Below are positions 35,392 to 48,858 of a DNA stretch of 64,000 nucleotides, in pieces (the stretch's first letter is position 1; each line of letters starts with the position of its first letter). The stretch is from an uncultured virus (IMG/VR IMGVR_UViG_3300031787_000071) (lineage: Duplodnaviria; Heunggongvirae; Uroviricota; Caudoviricetes). The DNA is taken from IMG/VR virus record IMGVR_UViG_3300031787_000071; one strand, written 5' to 3'. Both the position numbers and the translations under genes were made by a program. The notes under the pieces are model-generated. The model made no database searches, had not been told where the DNA came from, and saw nothing but the letters and a program-made list of their open reading frames with translations.

Positions 35392-38300
35392 TTATTCCGA
35401 TAATGTGAATTTACTTAATACTTCATTAGCTTCTAGATAATCATCGTCCATCTTATGTTCAATCATTTCATATTTAATTAACATGAGCAATGATGTTGCT
35501 GTTATTTGATCACGTTTATTCAATGAACTTACCCAATACTGTAATTGTTCCTTACTATCGATACTCCACATAATCTGAAGCATCTTTTTTTCTTTTTTAG
35601 TTAATCCGTCTAATGAGATAAGAATTTTATCCTCCTGCTCCGTAGCTATGCCACATGATATAATTATAGACCTCATGTTGACCTTCTTCTCCCGTTTCAA
35701 ATACGGAAGCCGGCGTATTGCCTTCCCAATATTTGTTAGGAGATTCCCACCATTTGTAAACTAATTCGGCCGAGCCTAACATAGAAAACAAATGGCGGTT
35801 AATTTGATGAACTATTTCGTTATCGCAAGTCATACTTGTATTTATTATGATTCCAGTTTTTCTGTCACTTCAAAATGTATATCTAAAACAGCACTAATGA
35901 CGATAAAAGGAATCAGCAACACATAAAAGAATAAATTTATTTTAAAAGCTAAAAGAGTAATAAAAAATAAACCAAGCAAATCGAAATTGCTCATTTGTTT
36001 TTTAAATAAAAGTTTTCTAATGTATTTCATCAATTACTCCCTAATTGACCAATTGTGTAAATCATCAAGTAAACACCCACAGTAAGTGGTATAATTGTTG
36101 CTAAGTAATCTTTGTAATCAATTCGAATACCATCTTTCTTTCGAAAGAGTATCATACTGGAATTCATACCAGCAATAAAAATATTTGCTACACCTAAGAT
36201 AAAATTAAAAATTGCTAAACTCATTTAACACTCCTCAATTGACGGCATTGCTCACGCATTTTTTGCGTATAATCTGGACTAATTTCCGCAATACTACAGG
36301 AAATTGCAGCATCATTTTTTGGATAAGTCCAAATGGCTAAAAAGAGTGCGCCAACAATGGCGACACCCATAAGTAAATATTCTCTGTTCATTTTGTTAGT
36401 TCGTAAGGTTTATTCCACTTACCGATATTTACATCAATATACCAACCTACATTAAAGTAATCATATTGGATTTCGGATTTATCCCAGTTTCCATCATTCA
36501 TAGCAGGAATCACTTCAGACAAAAAAGCCTTAGATTTGCCGGTAAAGTGGTCTTTGTACCAGTAGGGGTTTACCTGGATGCCGAACTTTCGAGCATCATC
36601 AGAATTACCATAATCGCTGATAAAATCGATTTTACCAGATTTTATATTTAACGCTAGCGTAGAATGATTACGCACAGCAAGACTGGCTTTTACGCCATAC
36701 TTTTTGCAAATTGCTTTAATCTGAGGTGCCAATTTAGATTTCAATTCTTGAGATACGTAAGCCATGATTAACCCCTTACAGTTTCAATATTTTTATGATT
36801 CAGAATCACACGATCCCGAATTGCATTAAAGACAACAATCGGTGTTGTCAAAACAACATGATGGGAAACTTCACCACCGTATTGCACTCTTGACAATTCG
36901 ACAACACCTGTCACTGGGAATTCACCCATGTACAAACCGCTAACTTCCAGACCTTCTAGATTCCACATAATGCATCCTTATCAACTCAACAGGATTGATT
37001 ATACAGGAACCACGGTGGAAGGCAAGCGTTATTTTAGTTATCAAAAGAACAACGCAGTTATCCAAATTGCAACAAATGTCAATTCGATAATAGCTGCAGA
37101 AACCATAACGATTATCGAATTTGTAATGGTTCCTGTTTTAAGGTCCTCACAAATTTCGATATCATACAGGAAGTCCCAGAATATAAATCTGTTCATTGGT
37201 TGTTGACCTTTTCACGGATATAATCAATTACATCTTTCGATTCTTGCATATCGGAACATTCGACGGCCAACTCAATGACTTCCCAATATTGGTCATAGAG
37301 GTCATTAATCAAATGATCTAAGATTTGTCGTTTTCGATTCATTATTTACCTCTTGTCAAAATATTTTTTATCAATATAATTCATGATCATGTGTTTTTTA
37401 AGTTTCGCATTATTAATTTGCCGAAACTTATCCAAATAATTATCTTGTATTTGATCATACATGAAATCCACAATCCTTTTTTCCAGTTCTTCATTTACTT
37501 TGATTTGATCAATCATATTATAACTGATTGCCAAATTACTTTTATGAAATTCTTTTTTGGTTAGCACATATTTTTCGTAATCTTTTATGATTTTGGATTT
37601 ATTTTTTCGATCACAAATTATTCTATAATTAATGGTCATTTCTTTAAAGGTATTAAAGGAATGGTACTTACATATATTTCTATAATTAGTCAATAGAAAA
37701 TTTAACAATTCTTCTGGAGAATTTGTAGCGTTTCTATAGTCACAGATAATTTTATGTTTTATGTTCATTCCGGCGCTTCCGCGCTATCCAACGAATTTGT
37801 TTTCCAAGAGAGTCCTGCTTTGGACATCCCAGTATTGTTCGACAGCTTTCTTCGCAAAGTCCTGTTCGATAAAGTGTCCGAGGGGTCGTTCATCATCCAT
37901 CTTAAAGGAGAAATCGTAACTCCCGGTATTGACTACGGAACCCCATACTTCTTGCAATGCGATTTTAAATGTGGAGCCAACGATCATACCGTTACTGGTA
38001 TCGTAGTAGTACCACTTGGCGTTTCGCTCTCGCCACTCAAAGGTTTTGGTCATGTATAGAAATTCTCAATCAATTGGGGTTTAAAGGTTTCATTTTTATC
38101 CAGGGGGAATACTTTGGCTTTTGAGACTGCCTCTGGAATTAAATCTTCATATCTATCATCATAACTGGTTCCTTCAAGGATGTCAATGACTTGTTCTTCA
38201 TTTTCAGCCATGACAACCCAAATACCACCGTATTCTGAGGATGGGAACGGTGCCCAATAATCACCAATATATATGTTCATAAGTTTACAATGCTCACAGT

Positions 38301-41297
38301 TTAAGTTTACAATCACTTCTCAATAGGTTTACAATCGTGTTCTTTGGCTTGTTTTTCTTTTAACCAGACTTTATGGCAGAGGGTACAATGGTAAGCCTCA
38401 CCATCTCTGGAGAATGGATAGTTTTTAATGGGGTGTCGGTCTGTAATGGTTCTGATTTTTTCGATCATACTAGTGGTCGTCATCAACACATAATATGATC
38501 ATACAAAACACAATTATCACAATGATGGAAACAAGTAAAACAGTATAACCCATATTTAGCCTCGTTTAAAAGATTGCATCCATTCCAGAACAATATCACG
38601 AGCCTCGTACCGATTCAGATCAAACATTTCTTGTAGGTACGAAGCGGCTCCGAACATATTGATTTGACCTGATTTCCTCAGTTCTTCCAGAAAGTTAAAC
38701 ATTACTTGTTTCTCACTCATCACATACTCACATAAAAAGATAAGCCAGGTAACCTACACCACCCACAAATGCCAAACTCACCAGTAGAGGTATTAACATC
38801 ACCACCAATTGAAACAGACCATAGAGTACCGCACAGACCACCACAATGGTAATACCTTCCGCCAGAAAGTCTCCATCATAATTCTTAGGTATATTGAAAG
38901 ACAATGATTCTTTAGAAGGAACCTCAATGACAGGCTTTACCTCAGTGATAGGTTCAGTAACCACCACCTCATTCTTATCTAAGGTTTCAGCGACTTCCGG
39001 TTCTTGTTTAAGTATGACTGGCATTTACTTTGATTCCTTATAATTTACTAAGACTTGCAGAGACTCCCATTGACCCCAGGTTAAAGAGAATTTCGTATCA
39101 AACTTACCTGATACAGTAACATCAAAACCTTCTCCATTATGCCACTCAGTCAATTCAACAAAATCGTTTTTCTCAGAGAAAGGACAGTAATCCTTCAGGT
39201 CAATATACTTCGCTTTTCTCGTATAGGTACTGATACTCATAGTGCAGGTCCCCAATATTGATACTTCAGTAAATCCGCAGAATCTTCATCATATAACCAA
39301 GACAATGCACACCACACAGAATCCTCCACATTGTACCACTCACGATATGTAGTATAGTACTGCTTGAAGAAATACTGATCACCACGGGCTTCTGCATACC
39401 TCTCTGCACGCTTTAGAAATTCCATAGAATTCATCTCAATCGACTCCTAGACTGTTCCGGATACCGGAAAAAAATTTTAGTGACATTTCTTGGAGGGATT
39501 CGAAAATCATCCAAAGTAACAGAGCTAAGGATCCTTATACGAACTGTAGTCTGCTTCTAGAGGACTCCTTCCCTCTGCCGTTTTTAGCGTTTTCGTTCCA
39601 GCTCCTGAGCGCTACTGTAGTATAGTGGGCTCTGGCTCCATCAGACTGTACCGCTGAGCTATATCAAATACCACGTCCTGCGGTAGACCTGTAAAGTCAG
39701 CTACTTGTGCTATAGTGTAGCCGTCAGCAAGCATCTCAGACAATTCATTCAGGAAGTTTTTCAGCTTTGCCATTCTATCACCTTTGCGGGAAATTGGATT
39801 GTGCCGTCATACTCCAGCTGGTCTCGCTCATAATCGGTGAGGTAGTCATCTTCCACCACCTGGAGATTCACAATTGTCTCCTGAATGTAATCGTCATTCC
39901 GCTCGATTTGCAGGCTGACCTTCTCCAGGATTTCGAACACCTGGTCTTTGTTCACATTCAGGACCACGTACTCGTCACCACCCTTTGCCTTCCAGTAGGA
40001 ATCAGGACCGGTACCGATTGTACCATCTTCACGCCAGGCGTAATTCTCGTAAACTTGTGTGGTAAATAATGCTTTCATTTTAAGCGCTCATTTGAATAAC
40101 AGTAACAGGACTAGGCTTGCGAGCCATTTTCTTTGCAGCAAGACCCACTTTCGGAGCTTTCATCGCCGCAAGTTTAGCTTCCAACTTAGCGATACGCTCT
40201 GCTTTTTTAGCTTCGCGAGCCACAGCTTTTTCAGCTTTCGCAGCAGCCTTGGATTCTTTAGCTGCAACTTTCGCAAGCTTCGCGGACAACTTGTCAGCCT
40301 TCACATTCTCGGCCAGGGTTTTGATCTCATAACGCAGGGTTTTCAGAGCGGTGCGTTTTTCCGCCAGCAATTCTTTCATTGTTTTCATAATATTAACTCC
40401 TAATAATTAATCTAAATCTCACTCAACAGAACCTATTATACAGGTTTAGGCGGAAATGTCAAGCACTTTTCCTGCCCGGACAGCAGCTTCTCGAGCACTT
40501 GAAAAAGCGTAATCATTTGACAAGCTGTTATAACCTGAATAATACGTCCATTCTCCATCTCTTAACACTTCGACAATTACATCATTTGCAACTTCGAAAG
40601 GTGAACCCTCGGTACGGATTCTTACAAATTCACTAATATTTTCAATCATTTAACATTCTCCCAATACCATAAACCTTCATTCCAGTCCCAGTCGTTTCCA
40701 GACCACCTCGGATCGGAGCCATACATCTCCTCCATCATTCCTTCCCATGCAAGGGTGGACTGATCCTCATAGTAATCCTGGGCTAGGTACTGAAGCTCTG
40801 TATTAATATGGTCTATAATCATTATCGTACACCGCAAAGGTGGTCGCCATTGTTTTCGGAATATAGCTCTGATACTTCCTGGAAGGTCTAGGACCACGGA
40901 AGCGGAATCTATAATTGAGTCCTCTCTGTTTCATCAGTTCTCGGACCGTCTCAATTTCAGCCATCGGAATACCTTTGAACAGACTGGTCTCCCATGGAGG
41001 ACTTGCATAATCATTAATATCTATCATTTAGTATTTTCTCAAACTCAACACCGTCATTATATCAAATTACCGGCGGCGTGGCAAGCACTATTTGCGGCGA
41101 TCTTCCAGAGCATCCCAGAGGATATAGGCCATTACAAAAGGTGCAACAATTACAAAAAGGAAAACAATCGGTTCTAATTCAATCATGACAATTAACCCAA
41201 GGTAGTAACAGTAGAACCGGCCAGTACACCCACCAGCACCAAAACCGCAAAAGTAATTACTAAAAATGCAATCATTTGAATCTCCAATTAATCTCAC
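35392..41297 (-). other. Block of roughly 25 short hypothetical early ORFs (e.g. 36388-36765, 37346-37768, 37784-38053, 38728-39024, 39761-40078, 40080-40388)
   Basis: Contiguous or overlapping minus-strand ORFs with RBSs and repeated sigma70-type promoters; no recognisable domains. 40080-40388 is a Lys/Ala-rich coiled coil. Confidence 0.7.
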
Positions 41298-41340
41298 TCA
41301 ACAGGTACCATTATACAGGTAACCTGGGTTTTGGCAAGCA

Positions 41341-41652
41341 TTAAAAGGTATTCAGGGAAGGTTGCAATTCTGATATCAGTTCTCGTTCCCTCTGGTAGGC
41401 TGGCTTACGGCCTCGCACCACTTCCAGTACCTCATAGTCCAGCTCTACTTCCGGGTTCTGGCGTATAAAGTTACAGAGCTCCCAATTTTTAGATTCACAC
41501 TTAGCTCGGGATAGGTGCTTTTGGACACGGACCTTAACAGAGCGTAGAAAAGCACGGCCGGAAGCAACAGTAAGGCCAATATAGCTGTCACCGCTATCCG
41601 GCCAAACAATTTGATATAGTACATAATTTCGGTCATTTCGTTTTTTTCTCAT
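41341..41652 (-). CDS. GIY-YIG-like nuclease
   Basis: YVLY...SYIGLT...R..KH...E..LI...P.LN. Confidence 0.75.
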   Translation of the reverse strand: MRKKRNDRNYVLYQIVWPDSGDSYIGLTVASGRAFLRSVKVRVQKHLSRAKCESKNWELCNFIRQNPEVELDYEVLEVVRGRKPAYQRERELISELQPSLNTF

Positions 41653-42061
41653 CGCGGATTAAAGCCCAGCTCAAATTCCATCATAATCATTTTAGCTATA
41701 TTGATATACTGGCGAGCAATTTCATTGGTACCAGACTGATTAGAAGCAATCAACTCCTGGGCGTCCGACAGATAACTAGCCACTACCATGCCAGGACCAC
41801 TTAGTTTAAAAGTCAGAGAATCCTGTACAGACTCCAGAATATCATCTTTCGGAGACCCGTAGGCCTGGATTTCCCATTCTAAATTTTTCATAGTTTCATT
41901 CCATTTGCAAGGTAAGCAATATAGCCAGGGTTTTTGTTCAGCACCACCACAGGCTCAATACTCGGTGTCACGCCAGTCTTCCTCCATGCCTTCGTAGCAT
42001 AAGCCACAGCGGCTCTCAGCGTCTTGAATTTTCTTTCATTACAGGTATACATCATTATTCC

Positions 42062-42334
42062 TTATTTAAACACTATTAGAGCCAGTAGTATGCTGTTAAA
42101 GAAGAAACCAACAGCGTTACTGATAATATACAGTTTATCACTTCGAGCCAAGGCACGGATCAGGAACAGAAACAATCCACTCCAGACTAACAGAACCATG
42201 CTCAAAGGAGGCAACTTATCACTATATCCCAGAATCACTCCAAGACTAGTAGGAAGGGTTGCAGCGTGAATCAAGACCATACCTAACCAACCGCAGGCCT
42301 CACTTATATCGAATTTGTCTTTTCTCTTAACCAT
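42062..42334 (-). CDS. Three-TM membrane protein (SemiSWEET/PQ-loop-like topology)
   Basis: Three hydrophobic helices; YIISNAVG. Confidence 0.55.
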   Translation of the reverse strand: MVKRKDKFDISEACGWLGMVLIHAATLPTSLGVILGYSDKLPPLSMVLLVWSGLFLFLIRALARSDKLYIISNAVGFFFNSILLALIVFK

Positions 42335-42702
42335 GACTCTATTGTACAGGTTTCGGTAGGAATGGCAAGCATTATTTGGTGTTGTCAGGAATGAAACTTT
42401 ACCCCCCCCCCTCCGTGACGGGCAAAACCTCTCTCAGTATGGTCAATTATACAGGTTTCGGCAAGGATGGCAAGCCCTCAGAATGTTATCAAAAAGATAA
42501 GGAAATCTCGTTGACACTCTGATAAGTTACAGAAATGACATGGATTTTAGACTACCCGTTGCTTCTCGAATAACCTCGCATTTTTCGCTACGTCCAGCTA
42601 GTGCGTTTGCGTAGCGTTCCGTGACACAAAATCCCACTTTATCCCACTAAAGTGCATTATATTGCATGTTCCTATACACTGGATGCACTATACTTCGGTT
42701 CT

Positions 42703-43098
42703 CTATGCGGTCTTATAATACTTGCGTCCTGGACTACTATAGTCCTTATTCATTAGCGTTTTAAAGGTGTGGCAGTTCGCACACAATGTTTGGAGGTTTC
42801 TTTTACGGTTATCTGATGGATTGCCGTTCTTATGGTCTACTTGTAATTGACCCTCTATACGGATCTTATAATTACACTTAAACCCTAATCGGCCGTCTTT
42901 ATTCTCACAATAATCTTTACGGTATTGTTTATATTCCCATCCCCCAATTTCATAGCGTATACCGTGGTGTTTTTGGCATTGTTTACGGAAAAGTGGAGTG
43001 CCGTCTTTACGGTAATTTCCCGTATGCTGTCCAGGGTTATTGCAACCTGGATGGGAGCATTTTGGACGCTTCGATATATCAATAATTTTCTTTTTCAT
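42703..43098 (-). CDS. HNH endonuclease
   Basis: LQVDHKNGNPSDN...NLQTLCANCH. Confidence 0.88.
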   Translation of the reverse strand: MKKKIIDISKRPKCSHPGCNNPGQHTGNYRKDGTPLFRKQCQKHHGIRYEIGGWEYKQYRKDYCENKDGRLGFKCNYKIRIEGQLQVDHKNGNPSDNRKRNLQTLCANCHTFKTLMNKDYSSPGRKYYKTA

Positions 43099-44145
43099 TA
43101 GTATACTCCAAGAGCATATTTAAGTGATTTTTTACCATGGTATCGGATATGGCTTACAAAGGTACTATTATAGTCTTTTGTTGAATAGAGTTTTTTGTTC
43201 TCTTTCAGCAATACTGTACCATCAGCATATACATTAAACACTTCACCTCCACGGCCATGTTCAACTTCAGCATATATACGACCTTTTCGGTCTTTTTGTA
43301 TTGTAGTATAACAGAATCTACGATAAGTACCCATCAATACACCTCACGCTCATATACATCGAATTCCTCTATAGTATTCTCAGCAACTAGTGCTTCACCA
43401 TAGGCAATAGCATCATCATACTTTGCAAATACACGGAGGACGGTATCGCCCTCATATGGTATCGGTTCTACTACAATAAAAACTTTGTTCATTTTATCAC
43501 CCTAAATCATCAGCGGTTGCAAGGTCGCCAGTAGTTCCCCACCCATACCCACCAGCAAGAATAGTCGAGCCGGGAATCAAGGTATCGGAATCAGTACAGG
43601 CGCAAGTCCAGCAAGTAAATCGGTCATAGTACCCGGCAAATACTCGCGGAACAAGTGCGGTAGAACAACAAGGACAAATTGGTGTAGTCATTTTGATAAC
43701 CTCTCTCAGTATGGAGTAATTATCTCATAAAACGGTGGATTTGGCAACCATTGTCTTTTTGACAACAATTGTCTATTTGATACTACATTTCTCGCAAAGG
43801 TGTTGGTGATATTCTAATGCGGTTTCAAGGGTATCGGCTCTACTATGGAGTTCTACGTACCCATTCTCATTATACAGGTGGATCTGGTATTCGGTATCAG
43901 TCTGTACGGTAATCGCTATTTGTGTAGCATTATGAGATACTTTGATTATTTTCATTGGTCTAGTCCAAAGTGCTTATAGATGGTCTTATCTATACGCCTC
44001 TGGTACTGCTCATCGGTGAAGGTCAGTTTGAACAGGTCAGCACATTCCTTTATGATTAACTCAGCAAATTTTTCATGTACCGTGTCCTTGGGCATCACCT
44101 CATAGTGTACACCAGCCTGTGATAATAGTTCTTTTATTCGGTCGT

Positions 44146-44382
44146 TCATTTTCTCTCTTTTGCTCTCACGGGTAAATTGTTCCAGAGTTCTTCCCAGTAA
44201 TCATCGTGGATATCGACATATGAATAATCTGCAACCATACTCAGTTCCATGCCGCAGTGCTTACCTTTGGTGTCAGTGCATCTTACTCCATAGGTTTGCC
44301 ATGCCCAGCCATAGCATTCGGAAGTACCCGTAGCAAAAATCTCCGCTTCACTTTCACATTGCGGACAAGGCAGTAAACTCAT
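44146..44382 (-). CDS. Lar-like zinc-ribbon protein
   Basis: LLPCPQC...V.C.....CG...WN. Confidence 0.55.
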   Translation of the reverse strand: MSLLPCPQCESEAEIFATGTSECYGWAWQTYGVRCTDTKGKHCGMELSMVADYSYVDIHDDYWEELWNNLPVRAKERK

Positions 44383-44976
44383 TCAGTTCCCCAATATTGT
44401 GTACCCTTCCAAACCTCTACACTATTCAACATACTCTTAGCACGATAAATTGCACGCTCTTTGGCGGATTCTTCAGAGCTATAATGCACAGGATATTTCG
44501 TTGTTTGATCATCAAATTTATAACAAGAATCATACCTCCAGATAAACCAGTTCTTATAGTACACCTGATACTCCTTCAAATGAGCATCATACACAACCCT
44601 GGTACTCTTATATAATGCTTTCATAACTTTTCCACATTCTTTAGGTTGCCGTTAATATCAAAGGTAAATCGCACATTCGGTGGATCATCCCAATTCGTGC
44701 GTATAGGATTTTTACCTTTCTTCCAATCATCGAAACTCCACCAAATAGTATCTTGATATACTAAATCACCATTCGGCAGTTCATTTACTACCCAACTTTT
44801 CGGTTCACTCATCATTTAACTCCTTATACATCCACTCATATTCTTCCAGCCTCTTTATCTCTGCGGCTGCCTCGACCAGTAAATCACGGACTTTTTGATG
44901 CTCCATAAGTTCAGGGTTGAATAAACCACCAGACAACAAATATTCCTTGATTCTCTCAGTAACAGGATTTTTCATC

Positions 44977-45531
44977 TCAATTCCTATAGTATAATTCCAC
45001 TCGGCGATTCTCACTCCAAGCTTCCTCATTCGAACCTATAATACGGGGTTTTTCCGACCCATAAGAAAATGCCTCAGCTTGTTTCTCAGAAACTCCATAA
45101 TTCATCAATACAACCTTCACAGCATTAGCCCTTCTCTGACCTAATGCTAAATTGTACTCTGCACCACCCCGTTCATCAGTATGCCCCTCTATAAAAACAA
45201 ACTCATCCGGATTCTTCACCAAAAACTCGGCATGCTGCTTCAGTAAAGGTAAAAATTTGTCCTGTACCGTATACTCATCCAAATCAAAATAAATTAAATA
45301 ATCACGAAAAATACCATTAGGGTCATTCCGTTTCGGTATATCAATTTTTCTCACCTCTATTCGAGCATCAGTGTCTACCTCCACCGTCACACCCGAATTA
45401 TTCTTTTTCGTTCGATTCTCCACTATGGGAGGGGCATCATTATTCTCATTACTACCTTTAGATACATCCTTCAATGACACCGTTGAACAGGCCGTTAAAC
45501 ATAACACTAAGGGAATTATTTGAATTTTCAT
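44977..45531 (-). CDS. pal: Peptidoglycan-associated lipoprotein (Pal/OmpA C-terminal domain)
   Basis: Lipobox LTAC; IYFD.D, IEGHTDERG..EYNLALGQRRA, SYG.EKP, NRRVE. Confidence 0.92.
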   Translation of the reverse strand: MKIQIIPLVLCLTACSTVSLKDVSKGSNENNDAPPIVENRTKKNNSGVTVEVDTDARIEVRKIDIPKRNDPNGIFRDYLIYFDLDEYTVQDKFLPLLKQHAEFLVKNPDEFVFIEGHTDERGGAEYNLALGQRRANAVKVVLMNYGVSEKQAEAFSYGSEKPRIIGSNEEAWSENRRVELYYRN

Positions 45532-45825
45532 TTTGTTCTATACTCGCAAATTATACGGTTTTTCTCTATACAATGATGGGTCGGTTTATCAGATACAGAT
45601 ATCACTCTCAATTGATACGGCGAGGCACAACCTGAAAGTAATAACACTAATATTATATAATTAGTCATTCTGCACCATTACACCTTTACTATAAAGGAAA
45701 AATCGAAACATAGTCTGTACTACCTTCGGATAATTATCGGGACTCGGCAAATCAACCGTTGTCTCTATAAACTCCTGAGCTAAACGATCTTTCTCCTCCA
45801 AGGGCAATTCTCTATAAATAATCAT

Positions 45826-46023
45826 ATGTGGATCCTACTCTTAATCGTACTCTCATCCGAACCACCGCATAAGCATAAAGGTTCAATATTCAACCTCTAT
45901 AAAACAGAGGCAGAATGTACCGCCGACATGCAAAAGGCAATCCAAGCACTCTCACTCAAAGGTACGAAAATCAATGCATCATGTACATTCAAAGATTATC
46001 TAACACCTAACTCTACATTTTAA
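45826..46023 (+). CDS. Small exported two-Cys protein (paralog of 47658-47840)
   Basis: MW-hydrophobic start, PP..KGSI, C...A.C; TATAAATA at 45813-45820. Confidence 0.65.
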   Translation: MWILLLIVLSSEPPHKHKGSIFNLYKTEAECTADMQKAIQALSLKGTKINASCTFKDYLTPNSTF

Positions 46024-46718
46024 TTAAAACTTTTTGGTCAAAGCAATAATAACCATTGACCGTTTTCACCAATATACCGTTCTTAGCGGTACACTCATCA
46101 TCTTTAAAATTGAGTGGCAACATTACAATCCAACTAAGCAGTAGAATGAAACCGACCGTAGTCACAGCGATTACAAATATTTTCATTTTTCAACTCCATG
46201 ATTAAGTAATTGCATGTAGGCTTCAACCTCATCCCAATAAAGGCTGATAACATCATCTCTGGAGATATTATAGAATTGCATAACGAACTCAATTGCCTCG
46301 TTCATCGTATGTGTCCAGTGTAAAGAATGGAACACTTCCTGCCATTCGAACAAATTTTAGATTGGTGGGAAATACGTCAAGACTGCCACGATGACGCTCA
46401 ACACGAACTTCGCCGTTCATTTCAGTGCCATAGAACCAGTTGTCTGTGGCACCGCCCTCAATCTGTTCTCTAAAATAGTTTAATATCATTCTTTAACTCC
46501 TAAATGTTTTACTGATTTTATCAGCACAATAATGACCATCCATTCCTTTATCGCCTAGTTCTTCACATATACCTAAACATTCATTGATAATCAACTCAGC
46601 GAATCTTTCCAACTCACCATCATATTGTGATCCCCAATCAACGATAGCACCTTCAGGTTTCCATGGCTCATCTTCCCATAGTAGGAAACCGGCCTTTTCG
46701 GCCAATTCTTTAATCTTT

Positions 46719-46997
46719 TCATTCATGATCCAAATTACTCCACTTTTTCAACTTCTTGCGTTTCTCTGCTATGTAATGGGTTAATTCTTTTTCATCCAAA
46801 ATTTTTTTCTCTACACACAACTCAATCATACACAATAAATCTCCCACTTCTTTGTGTAGTAGAGTATCATTATGTTCCTCGGTAATTGGATTAAAATTAT
46901 ATAATCCAAATCGGTGAATCTTTGAAATAATCTGCACTACTTCACCACATTCTTCCTGCAATATCACTAACAGTTCATCACAATTTAATCGACTCAT
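46719..46997 (-). CDS. MazG-like NTP pyrophosphohydrolase
   Basis: LQEECGEVVQ..SK..RFG...EVGDL. Confidence 0.75.
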   Translation of the reverse strand: MSRLNCDELLVILQEECGEVVQIISKIHRFGLYNFNPITEEHNDTLLHKEVGDLLCMIELCVEKKILDEKELTHYIAEKRKKLKKWSNLDHE

Positions 46998-48858
46998 GGT
47001 ATATTATAATCTCTATTGTATTGACTTGTAATCGACCAATGAGCATCTGGTCCCTTATACTTTATATCGCTAGGTATTTCATAACCAAATCGTTTAAGAA
47101 TATTTTTCTTATCGGCCTGACTACCGCAGCAAGCAATACATTCTTTTATAATCAAGTCAGATATCATTTCAATCCTCGACTGGCAATCAGCATCAATATA
47201 TTTGTGTATGCCATGCTTTTGCATCAAGTCTTTTATTTGCTCATTCATCTTCTTTTATACCAAAATGTTTTTTGATTAAATCAAATGCTTGACCGCGAGA
47301 TATCATATCACGAAGCTCAGGATGCAAAGCCTTACGACATTCTTCAATTATCATCTCAGTGTATTCTTCCATGAATTTTGTATCACTCATTTTTTCTCCC
47401 ATTTTATACCCATCATTTTATAAAGCATTTTACGATAGAATGGTGGTTCATCTTTTGTTTTGATTACAGTAGTATCTACATCAATCGACAAATTGCTAGC
47501 AACAAAGGTAGTGGTAATATCATTTATATTTCGTATCGCATAATTCGAATATAATTTTACTGCGGAAAGTTTTGGCGCCTCGCAATCTGCATAATCAAGG
47601 TCAAGAGGAATTTGTTCCGTTAATGGCCAGAAAAATTTTATTTCTAATTGCTGCATATTATCTCCTACCATTAGGTACACAATTTGCTGTTACTCTATAC
47701 TTGTCGGATTCCCAGGCCTTTTTTACATAATCTCGTACTTGCTGACATTCTTCAATATTTTGAGTAGGTAAAGTTATTGATCCTTTTGATGGCGGCACAT
47801 TCGGTGAAATGGCGTGTAACATGATAACTAAAGTCCACATTATTTACTCTCAATCAATACTTTTTAAAAATCCCACAACTTCAAGATAAGGCATATCAAC
47901 AACAACTGATTGTCCATCTGTTGTAAAAATCCATGATCGATGCGAATCACCATGTTCTTCAACTCTAACAATTTGATTAGACACAATTGATACCGAACGA
48001 CCGATTGTGGTAGTGGTTAAAACTTTCATAATATTTTCCTCAATTCTTTTATTTAAATAATGTGTTAAAAACAAATGCACCGAACAAGGCACTCAGAAAC
48101 AAATAAAAATAGGCAGAGATTTTTTTGCCTTCATTATAATTCTCACTCGACCATTGCCAAAATAACCAAGCAAAAAAAGTATCAACGAAAAGACTAAGTA
48201 TTCCCATTTTCTTTTGCTTTCTTTATCAAATCAATTAAAGATAATAAATCGTTTACTGGAATTTTCTCAGAGCCAAAATAATCAGAATCAATTAAAGGTT
48301 CTGGTTTTTCCTGAGTTTTCAAGTAAACGATATTATTTGCGTTCATTGCAATGTTTTAGGTGTTAAGTTTCTATCGTTTTGCACTGTAGTTAAAAACGAA
48401 TAAAAATCGGATTCGTTATCGGTTTCTCTGTTTAGTATCATTAGACGGGCTAACACAATACCATTAATTGCATTTGGACCAAAACCTTGTTCGACTAATT
48501 CAAGCAAAAAGTCATCTAATTTTACTGCAGCTTCAATGATCTCGTCATCGAAAATTGTATCTTCCATTATGTTAGACCCTAAACGTAAAAAAACCGAAAA
48601 TTCCTTTTAATTTAAAAGGCACTTCAACTTCAAAAGAGGCATCACTCTCTTGATCTTTTTGTTGGCGAATATAGAATGGTGTATCACAACCAATCTCTTT
48701 CACCTTTTGTAGAATAGATTCTAAATCTTCCTTATCGATTAGAATTTCTTTATTGCCGTTGTCCAAAACATCTCCTTCTATGAATGTGTTTAAAGTATTA
48801 TACTTCATCTAAATTTTTTTATCAAGTGGTTTGTTGTATAGGTAACACAGTTTCATGA

